64,000 nucleotides of DNA from an uncultured delta proteobacterium (lineage in GTDB: Bacteria; Myxococcota_A; Polyangia; Haliangiales; Haliangiaceae), in NCBI GenBank assembly GCA_963848295.1, contig CAWKDB010000010.1:3488001-3552000 (forward strand), given 5' to 3'. The position numbers and the translations under genes were made by a program. Position 1 is the first letter of the stretch; every line of letters begins with the position of its first letter. Below are positions 58,201 through 64,000 of the stretch, in pieces. The notes beneath the pieces were generated by a model that saw only the letters and a program-made list of their open reading frames with translations, was not told the origin of the DNA and made no database searches.

Positions 58201-59261
58201 TCCGCGGCGGCGTCGCCGCGGACGGCCCGGACGTCGGCATGTACACCAGCATCGCGGTCGCCGCCGACGGCACGCCGATGGTCACGTACTTCGATCGCGG
58301 CACGATGGCGGCGCCCGCGGCCAATTTGAAGTTCGCGGCGAAAGTGAACGGCACGTGGATCACCGAGATCGTCGACATGGGCACCGGATCGATCAGCAAC
58401 AACAGCGGCTCGCTCGTCGGCATGTACACGTCGCTGACGTTGCGCGCCGATGACGGTCGCCCGGGCGTCGCGTACCTCGCGCACGTCGGCGATGCGATGG
58501 GCGGTCACGCGGAGGTTCGCTACGCGCAGGCCAACGTCGCGCTGCCGATGGGCCCGTCGGATTGGACGACCTACGTCGTCGACACCGCGCCACTGCCGGT
58601 CGTCGATCCGAACAACCCGGACGTCTATCCGCTGCCCGCGGGTCTCGGCTTGTTCATCACGTCGGCGCGCGATCCGAGCACGCAGGCGCCGGTCGTGGCG
58701 TACTACGATCGGGCCGCGGGCGAGCTCAAGCTCAACAAGCTCGATCCGGCGACGATGCAGTTCGGCACGCCGGTCGTGCTCGACGGCGGCAGCGGCGTCG
58801 ACGACGGTTGGAACCCGTCGCTGCAGGTCGACCTGACCGGCGTCGCGCACGTCGCGTACATCGATGCGACGAGCGATGCGCTCAAGTACGTCACCGAAGG
58901 CTCGCCGGTCGAGATCGTCGACGACGGCTACCGGATCGTCGGTCAGACCGTCGACGGGTTGCCGAAGCCGACGTTCGACATCCTCGCGGACGCCAGCCTC
59001 GTGCTGCCGACCTCGGTCGGCGCGGTGGTCGGCTACCAAGACGGCACGACCCAGGAGCTGTTGCTCGCTCAGCGCGCCGACAACGGGATGTGGACCCACG
59101 TCTCGCTCGCGGGCGCGACCAACCCGTGGCCGGGCGCGTACGGCTTCTTCGCGTCGGTCGCGATCGCTTCGAGCAACCTGCTGATCTCGAACTGGGTGAT
59201 CGATCAGCCGACGGACGACAACTGGATGGAAGTGTTCGCGAACGCGACGGTCATCCAGTAG
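55272..59261 (+). CDS. Large lipoprotein: BPI/LBP-like region, Ig-like domain, internal MYXO-CTERM, second lipoprotein signal, Cys-rich segment and beta-propeller
   Basis: RBS GGAGG and lipobox TSAC. QIRVTPAGFTKL resembles BPI starts. Internal GCVCGVGG...VLLVRRRRR, then a hydrophobic helix plus QQGCSC. Propeller repeats DVGMYTSIAV, LVGMYTSLTL and DDGWNPSLQV. Confidence 0.8.
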   Translation: MFVRSTKLDVLISALFVVTTSACSGLTGCGACSASAPLPGGSLPSNQTIEGGAQIRVTPAGFTKLTSILPGVINNALGAGFCIPHGSVGTPTGGFLATGAEWCAKNDGACTPGCDAQVSLNNVNGLVLSVTNQQTLNVQLSTSLNATIHLDGQIVGIGASCDMTATSNDLGGNFDIAFNINATTGELGISLADFNNFKLDVNFGNCGLVSDIANVATDIINGLLNSFVGQLLTPVLNSFIQGLLPNPLGIEGMLDVGSLLSGISPGTTAEMEARIVPGGYVDLVGNGMSLGVITGLNSDADPTTRTGTRPDGVQYASEPALCVPPLPIPLFGGAPYNLPLSSRSTFSMLPADEFNGSPDPAADLAMGISQTTLDLAGHHAVTSGALCLGVGTSAIPQLNVGVIGLLVPSLSELDDSGTAPLLLVTRPQRALTFTIGDNQGTDPALTIGFSHLEVDFYAFLFERYVRAFTLDLTLNAGIHLDFEQQPGMPAVIKPTLLGIDAADVTISVLNSEFVKETPADLEAVLPSVFSLVTPLLGNLPDITVPSFAGFSLNNLSIQKVTTSQDSFLALYATLGASAPFRALAEQEPLAQDALDKLDADIAAPQPPSTGTSHLLNVSTPAPEVVRGALAGKPDMKLPTVTFAADLYDSAGRELEWNWNFNGGLFHQWQPGGELAISDPAFAWQGKYTIGLKSRVKGDYHTVSAVTTTPVIIDSVGPHVYVEKATWVGDTLTIPVEDIVSLDAVQVAFGRPGEIVPETKWESTATIDRADAQLLAVNGEIAVFAKDEAGNQTTTFIAPFHGQAGTTGCVCGVGGRTPTTGGLVMVGFVVLLVRRRRRGWLRQAAARVIRSRQAKIVVTVAMWLGVSAAFSMQQGCSCNKSNGSCEMVSDCSDCPAGQLPFCIDNMCVCSADIPPGRIGEYSHIAAAPDGSGWVSAYASSHGDLVVTQVTAPGRIDDTAWEWVDGVPDGPVLVPGSMIRGGVAADGPDVGMYTSIAVAADGTPMVTYFDRGTMAAPAANLKFAAKVNGTWITEIVDMGTGSISNNSGSLVGMYTSLTLRADDGRPGVAYLAHVGDAMGGHAEVRYAQANVALPMGPSDWTTYVVDTAPLPVVDPNNPDVYPLPAGLGLFITSARDPSTQAPVVAYYDRAAGELKLNKLDPATMQFGTPVVLDGGSGVDDGWNPSLQVDLTGVAHVAYIDATSDALKYVTEGSPVEIVDDGYRIVGQTVDGLPKPTFDILADASLVLPTSVGAVVGYQDGTTQELLLAQRADNGMWTHVSLAGATNPWPGAYGFFASVAIASSNLLISNWVIDQPTDDNWMEVFANATVIQ

Positions 59262-59320
59262 CTCGATTCCGACCGTCGAGGAAATTTGCGTCCAGCTCGG
59301 TGCGTTGTCATCGTTCGGTG

Positions 59321-60520
59321 ATGCGCGGAGCACTCGTCCTCGTACTGGCACTCGTCCTCGATCCTGCGCGTCGAGCTGCAGCTGATAGCTGCGAGCCCGA
59401 CGCCGGCCCGGCGCCGCAGAAAGATGCGCTGACGCTGACGAAGGCGAAGTTCGCCGACCTCCCGAGGTGGGCCGACGATCACCTCTCCGAGGCCGTTCCG
59501 TCGTTCTTGCAGTCATGCGTGAAGCTCGGCGAGCTCAAGGACAACGATCCGGTCGGCATCGACGGTCACGGCGGCAAGGCGAAGCAGTGGCGCCACGCGT
59601 GCGCCGCGGCCGCCAAGCTCAAGCCCGGCGACGATGCCGCCGCGCGCGCGATGTTCGAAGCCGAGTTCGTGCCTTTCGTCGTCGCGGGCAAGACCGGACC
59701 GCGAGGCAAGCTCACCGGCTACTACGTGCAGGAGATCCACGCGTCGCGCAAGCCGCACGGCGCGTTCAAGATCCCGGTGCTCGCGCGGCCGGCCGATCTC
59801 GTGATGGTCGACCTGACGCCGTTCATTCGCGATGCCCACGGACGCCACATCTGGGGCCGGCTCGACAAGGGCGAGCTCCGGCCGTACGCGACCCGAGCCG
59901 AGATTCGCAAGGGCGCGCTCGCCGGCAAGAACCTCGAGTTGATGTACGCCGACGACCCGGTCGACGTGTTGTTCGCGCAGATCGAAGGCTCGGCGAAAGC
60001 GACGCTCGACGACGGCACGGTCGCATGGCTCGAGTTCAACGGCAAGAACGGCCGATCGTACAAGGGCGTCGGCGGCGTGCTCAAGCAGCTCGGCGAGTCG
60101 AGCCGGATCGGCTTCACGATGCAAGGCATTCGCAAGTGGTTCGCCGAGCACCCGACTCGACTCGACGAGATCATCGATCAAGACGCGTCGTACGTGTTCT
60201 TCGCCGAGAGCAAGGTCGCGGGCGCGATCGGCTCGCAGAAAGTCGTGCTGACGCCACGGCGCTCGATGGCGGTCGATCGCGCGTTCATCGCCGCGTCGAC
60301 GCCGGTGTTCGTCGACACCCACGCGCCGATCGTCGGCTCCCCCGGCAAGGTCGAGCCATGGGATCACTTGCTGATCGCGCAGGACACCGGCGCCGGCATC
60401 GTCGGCGCGGTGCGCGGCGACATCTATTGGGGCGACGATCGCGACGCAGCCGAGCTCGGCGGACGGATGGGCGGGCCGGGGCGTTACTGGGTGCTGCTGC
60501 CGAACGGCGTGACGAAGTAG
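59321..60520 (+). CDS. mltA: Membrane-bound lytic murein transglycosylase A
   Basis: FADLPRW, LTGYY, QIEGS, SYVFF, SMAVD and the 3D domain AQDTGAGIVGAVRGDIYWG. Confidence 0.93.
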   Translation: MRGALVLVLALVLDPARRAAADSCEPDAGPAPQKDALTLTKAKFADLPRWADDHLSEAVPSFLQSCVKLGELKDNDPVGIDGHGGKAKQWRHACAAAAKLKPGDDAAARAMFEAEFVPFVVAGKTGPRGKLTGYYVQEIHASRKPHGAFKIPVLARPADLVMVDLTPFIRDAHGRHIWGRLDKGELRPYATRAEIRKGALAGKNLELMYADDPVDVLFAQIEGSAKATLDDGTVAWLEFNGKNGRSYKGVGGVLKQLGESSRIGFTMQGIRKWFAEHPTRLDEIIDQDASYVFFAESKVAGAIGSQKVVLTPRRSMAVDRAFIAASTPVFVDTHAPIVGSPGKVEPWDHLLIAQDTGAGIVGAVRGDIYWGDDRDAAELGGRMGGPGRYWVLLPNGVTK

Positions 60521-60676
60521 CGCGTCTCGTTCGCGACAGCGCAGTCGCGAAGTCCGGAAACAGCCAGGTAACCGCGCGCTCAATCGCCCGCGATCATTCG
60601 CGGCGCGTGGCGGCATTGGACCTGCACTGAACGATGCGGTGTTGCAGCTCGTCGTGTCATTCGTGCTCGCCGCCAC

Positions 60677-61282
60677 GTGACTGCGGTCGCGCAGCCGGCG
60701 CCGAGCTCGACCCAGCCGGCGCCGAGCTCTACCGAGCCGGCGCCGAGCTCATCCGATCCGCCGGTCGTGACGCCATTTGATAACGGGCGCCGCCTGTACG
60801 TCGCGCTTCGCGCCGGCATGATCGCGACGTCGTTCCATTCCGATTCATCCAATGCAGGCGATCAACCCAATCCTGCGATCCGTGTATCGGGCAGCGGCTT
60901 GATCGGCGACTTCGAGATCGGCATGGTGGTCGGACGCGTTGCGGTGATGGGCTACCTGGAGATCTCGCAACCCCAACTCGCGATGGCAACAGGGTGGGCG
61001 GCCGAGACCGGCCTTCGCGGTCGCTATTGCGCGGTCACGGGGCTGTGCATCGGCGGCGGCATCGGGTCGGCGGCCGGCCCGGGATATGGATTCGTGTTCA
61101 CTGCAAATGCCGACGTCGGCTACCGCTTGCCGCAAGTCGGGCCGACGGCGGTCGAAGTGATGGCGATCGTCGAAGGCGGGTACCTGCCAGGTCTGCCGGG
61201 TGTCGACGATCCGGACAACACCGACAGCACACCAGCCCACTCGACGATCTCTGGACAGCTCGAGCTCGGCGTCGTGTTCTGA
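60677..61282 (+). CDS. Small outer-membrane beta-barrel-like protein; signal peptide apparently in another frame
   Basis: Alternating beta-strands and a C-terminal LGVVF. Hydrophobic VLQLVVSFVLAAT lies upstream out of frame (60639-60677). Confidence 0.55.
   Translation: MTAVAQPAPSSTQPAPSSTEPAPSSSDPPVVTPFDNGRRLYVALRAGMIATSFHSDSSNAGDQPNPAIRVSGSGLIGDFEIGMVVGRVAVMGYLEISQPQLAMATGWAAETGLRGRYCAVTGLCIGGGIGSAAGPGYGFVFTANADVGYRLPQVGPTAVEVMAIVEGGYLPGLPGVDDPDNTDSTPAHSTISGQLELGVVF
60692..60754 (+). repeat. 21-bp tandem repeat x3 (QPAPSST)
   Basis: cagccggcgccgagctcgacc / cagccggcgccgagctctacc / gagccggcgccgagctcatcc. Confidence 0.9.
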
Positions 61283-61544
61283 GCAGCGCCGGCGCGACAT
61301 CGGCGTCGCGATCGCGGTCGGAACCGGCTTCGAGCGGCTCGAACCCCGCGCAATCGCAGCGCTCGTGCTGGTCCTGGCCGTGCAAAAACGTCGCGTCGCT
61401 CGACGTCGAGCTCGGCACCCGTCGCGGCCGGTGGTCGGTGCTTAGCTACCTCGACTACGCGACCGCCGCGACCACGACGAGCGGAGCCAGCCTCGACATG
61501 ATTTCTTGCGACTCGCGCGCGGTCATCTGCGTCATCTAGGATGC

Positions 61545-62213
61545 ATGCTCCGCAGTTACTACCTGTTCTGGTTGGCGATCCCTAGCTTGCTGGCGCTCGC
61601 GACCGCGCACGCGTTCCTGCTGGTGATCGCTGTGGTCGCGATGTTGGGGTCGCGGTGGGTGCCAGACCCAGTTCTGATCATCCGCAACACTCGGCGTGCG
61701 CATAGCCTACGCGCGCAGGTCGAGATCAATCCCGCCAACGCGGTCGCGCGCGCCGAGTTGGCCGAGATCTGGCTCGAGCAACGCCGGCCGCGTCGCGCCA
61801 TCCCGCTTCTCGAGCAGGCACTCGAGCGCGATCCGGAGTCGGCCGAGCTGCACTACAAGCTAGGCGTCGCGCAGCTCCGCGCCCAGCGGACCGACGCCGC
61901 GCTGCGCTCGCTAGTCGACGCGGTGAGCCGTGAGCCGAAGCTCCACTATGGCGCCGGCTTGCTCGCGCTCGGCGACGCGCTCGTGGTTGCTCGTCGGTTC
62001 GACGAGGCGGTCGAGGCGTACGAGCGGCACGTCAGGATCAACTCGTCCAGCCTCGAAGGGATGTGCAAGCTCGCCAGCCTCGGCGATCGCGCGAACGACG
62101 CGGCGGCGGCGAGACGCTGGCGCCGCGAAGCGCTCGACAGCTATCGCGCGCTGCCGCGCTTCCAGCGTCGCAAGCAGACCTTGTGGTGGTTGCGCGCGAA
62201 GCTCGGGCTGTAA
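61545..62213 (+). CDS. Membrane-anchored TPR protein
   Basis: Two N-terminal TM helices and TPRs (LEQALERDPESAELHYKLG). Confidence 0.8.
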   Translation: MLRSYYLFWLAIPSLLALATAHAFLLVIAVVAMLGSRWVPDPVLIIRNTRRAHSLRAQVEINPANAVARAELAEIWLEQRRPRRAIPLLEQALERDPESAELHYKLGVAQLRAQRTDAALRSLVDAVSREPKLHYGAGLLALGDALVVARRFDEAVEAYERHVRINSSSLEGMCKLASLGDRANDAAAARRWRREALDSYRALPRFQRRKQTLWWLRAKLGL

Positions 62214-62247
62214 CGGCGACGCGGTCCGATCGCGCTCGGCCTCGTAT

Positions 62248-63852
62248 CTAAGGCTTCGCGAGCGAGAAATCGGCGTCGCCGCGTTTCCACCGGCCGTCGC
62301 CGTCGGCGTCGATCAAGATCGGCGCGGCGATCGCGAACGGCGTGACTCCCGGATGATTCCACCGGTCGCGCTGGTACGAGCCGGTGATCTCGAGCGGCAG
62401 CGGATCGTCGCTATCCGCGGTGACCACGAGCCACGTGTCCTTGTCGCCGACCCTGACCTCGCCAGCCCAGTGGTACTTCGGCCACGTCGGCGGGACCCAC
62501 AACGAGCGCACGAGGCGCGGGCCATCCGGCGTGCCGACGACGACTCGGACGCGATCGACGTGGACGAACTTCGCGTGCTGGACCGTGACGTCGAGCCACA
62601 CCGATCCGGTCTTTGCGACGAGCGATTGGCCAGGACCGACGGTCGCGCTCGAGGCATGGTCGCTCGCGACCTCGACATCGAGCCACGGTCCGGTGGTCGC
62701 GACGACGCGGTGAGCTCGGATCGCGGCGATGAACCCAGCTTGGTCGAACGGCTTGACTCGCGGATCGTCGACGAACACGTAGTTGCGCGCGGTGCCGTCG
62801 AGCACCCAGTTGAGATCGTGGGTATCGCTGTTGCCGAGCGGCGCGTAGATGTGGCCATGGTCGAGGAACGTGTAGTAGTCGCGTACCGATTCATCGATCC
62901 GGCGATCGCCTTTCAAGTTCGCGGCGCTGTAGCCCGCGAGCACCTCGACCGCGTCGAACGTCAGGGGAAACGGCGGCGGCCACGCGACGCCGTCCCAGTT
63001 CGTGTAGTCGAACAGCGCGTTCGAGCGGAAGCGCGGGTGGTTGACCTGGATGATCGGGTTGCCGCTGAACGCGTGCGCGGCCTTGAACATGGCTTCGGTC
63101 TCGAGCGGCACGATGTCATCGTCGGAAGGGCTACCGCCGCGCGGCTTGTCGCGCTCGACCTTGACCGGATAGATGCCGAGGTGAAATTGATCGGACGTCA
63201 GCTCGTTCGCCGGGATCGACACGACCGTATTGTCGAGATGAAGCGCGCGAATCTCGTCGTTGAGATCGCCGTTGACGTTGTGGTCGGACAGCCCGATGAC
63301 CTGGATCCCCGCGGCGACCTGCGCGATCACGCGCTGCGGGTTCGGCACGGTCGAGTCGCTCGACGCGTGCGCGTGAACGTGCAGATCGGCGGCGAGCGTG
63401 CCTTGCGGCGTGAACGCGCGCTCGAGTGGGATCGCGAGCTCGACCTTGCCGCGGTCCGCCGAGAGATCGACGGTGCCTTGCCACAGCTGGTACTCGATGC
63501 CGCGCCACGCCCACACCTTGTACTTGCCGTACGGGATCGCCGGCGACGGATCGCAATCGTCCGCGCCGATCGGCACCTCGGCCGTGCCGTTCGCCAGGAT
63601 CAGCCCGTCCCACGAGCCGACGACACCGGGCGCGATCTCGCATGCGCTCGCGCCCTGGCGCTGGTCATAGAGATCGAGCGTCCCCATGTGGAGCGCTTGA
63701 CCGTCCGCGCCGAACAACAAGACCCGCGCGCCGACGGGCTGATCGTGGTCGGTGACGCGCAGGGCCAAGATCGTCGCTGCCGGTCCGCTCGGCTTCGGCG
63801 GCCGATGGTGGCGGTGGCATGCCGCGAGCGCGAGCAGCGCGAGCGCCCGCAT
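62248..63852 (-). CDS. PHP-domain (CehA/McbA-family) metallohydrolase lipoprotein
   Basis: Lipobox LAAC and motifs DLHVH, SDHN, NHPR and GNSDTH. Confidence 0.85.
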   Translation of the reverse strand: MRALALLALAACHRHHRPPKPSGPAATILALRVTDHDQPVGARVLLFGADGQALHMGTLDLYDQRQGASACEIAPGVVGSWDGLILANGTAEVPIGADDCDPSPAIPYGKYKVWAWRGIEYQLWQGTVDLSADRGKVELAIPLERAFTPQGTLAADLHVHAHASSDSTVPNPQRVIAQVAAGIQVIGLSDHNVNGDLNDEIRALHLDNTVVSIPANELTSDQFHLGIYPVKVERDKPRGGSPSDDDIVPLETEAMFKAAHAFSGNPIIQVNHPRFRSNALFDYTNWDGVAWPPPFPLTFDAVEVLAGYSAANLKGDRRIDESVRDYYTFLDHGHIYAPLGNSDTHDLNWVLDGTARNYVFVDDPRVKPFDQAGFIAAIRAHRVVATTGPWLDVEVASDHASSATVGPGQSLVAKTGSVWLDVTVQHAKFVHVDRVRVVVGTPDGPRLVRSLWVPPTWPKYHWAGEVRVGDKDTWLVVTADSDDPLPLEITGSYQRDRWNHPGVTPFAIAAPILIDADGDGRWKRGDADFSLAKP

Positions 63853-64000
63853 CACAGGTGGAATTCGGCGCCGGCGACGACCGCGGCGCCGAGCTGAGGC
63901 TCGGTCCCGAGATCGTGCGAGAAGAACCCGACGCCGACCGCGAGCTGCGCCTCGACGACGACCGCCACCGATGGCGACACCGCCGCGCGCATGCCGCCGC
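63852..64000 (-). CDS. 3' end of probable outer-membrane beta-barrel protein (truncated by window edge)
   Basis: ...VAVVVEAQLAVGVGFF...GAAVVAGAEFHL*. The stop overlaps the next start. Confidence 0.55.
   Translation of the reverse strand, partial: GGMRAAVSPSVAVVVEAQLAVGVGFFSHDLGTEPQLGAAVVAGAEFHL

Overview
This is a very GC-rich, gene-dense bacterial window. Its gene content is typical of Myxococcota: an Oar-like TonB receptor, a giant TPR protein, Ser/Thr kinases, an FHA regulator, a MYXO-CTERM protein and many lipoproteins. A Haliangiales/Kofleriaceae-like origin is an inference. Main blocks: (1) TonB receptor plus a 2580-aa TPR protein; (2) a 9.4-14.7 kb module of an Afp15/Pvc15-like tandem AAA ATPase, an FGE-sulfatase-fold lipoprotein, an Ig-like/helical effector-like protein and a divergent small gene, with three of the four starts sharing one promoter motif (GCAACC-N13-GYCGATAR) and no injection-system structural genes nearby; (3) lipid-metabolism genes, lipoproteins and kinases, including a lipase/acyl-CoA-ligase fusion split by four +1 frameshifts; (4) a ~26 kb signalling supercluster (28.9-54.8 kb) with a RegA-like regulator, a PilB-N2-like/kinase fusion, an ACF/Wsp-like chemosensory operon, multi-receiver hybrid kinases, a globin-HK-REC-REC-EAL fusion and a porin plus small PBP-like pair, with an exact 23-bp repeat upstream of both sub-operons; (5) tRNA-Lys(CTT) and tRNA-Arg(TCG); (6) a 1329-aa lipoprotein with an internal MYXO-CTERM followed by a second lipoprotein signal, then mltA, a TPR gene and a PHP-hydrolase gene. 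All calls come from manual motif reading; no database searches were run.
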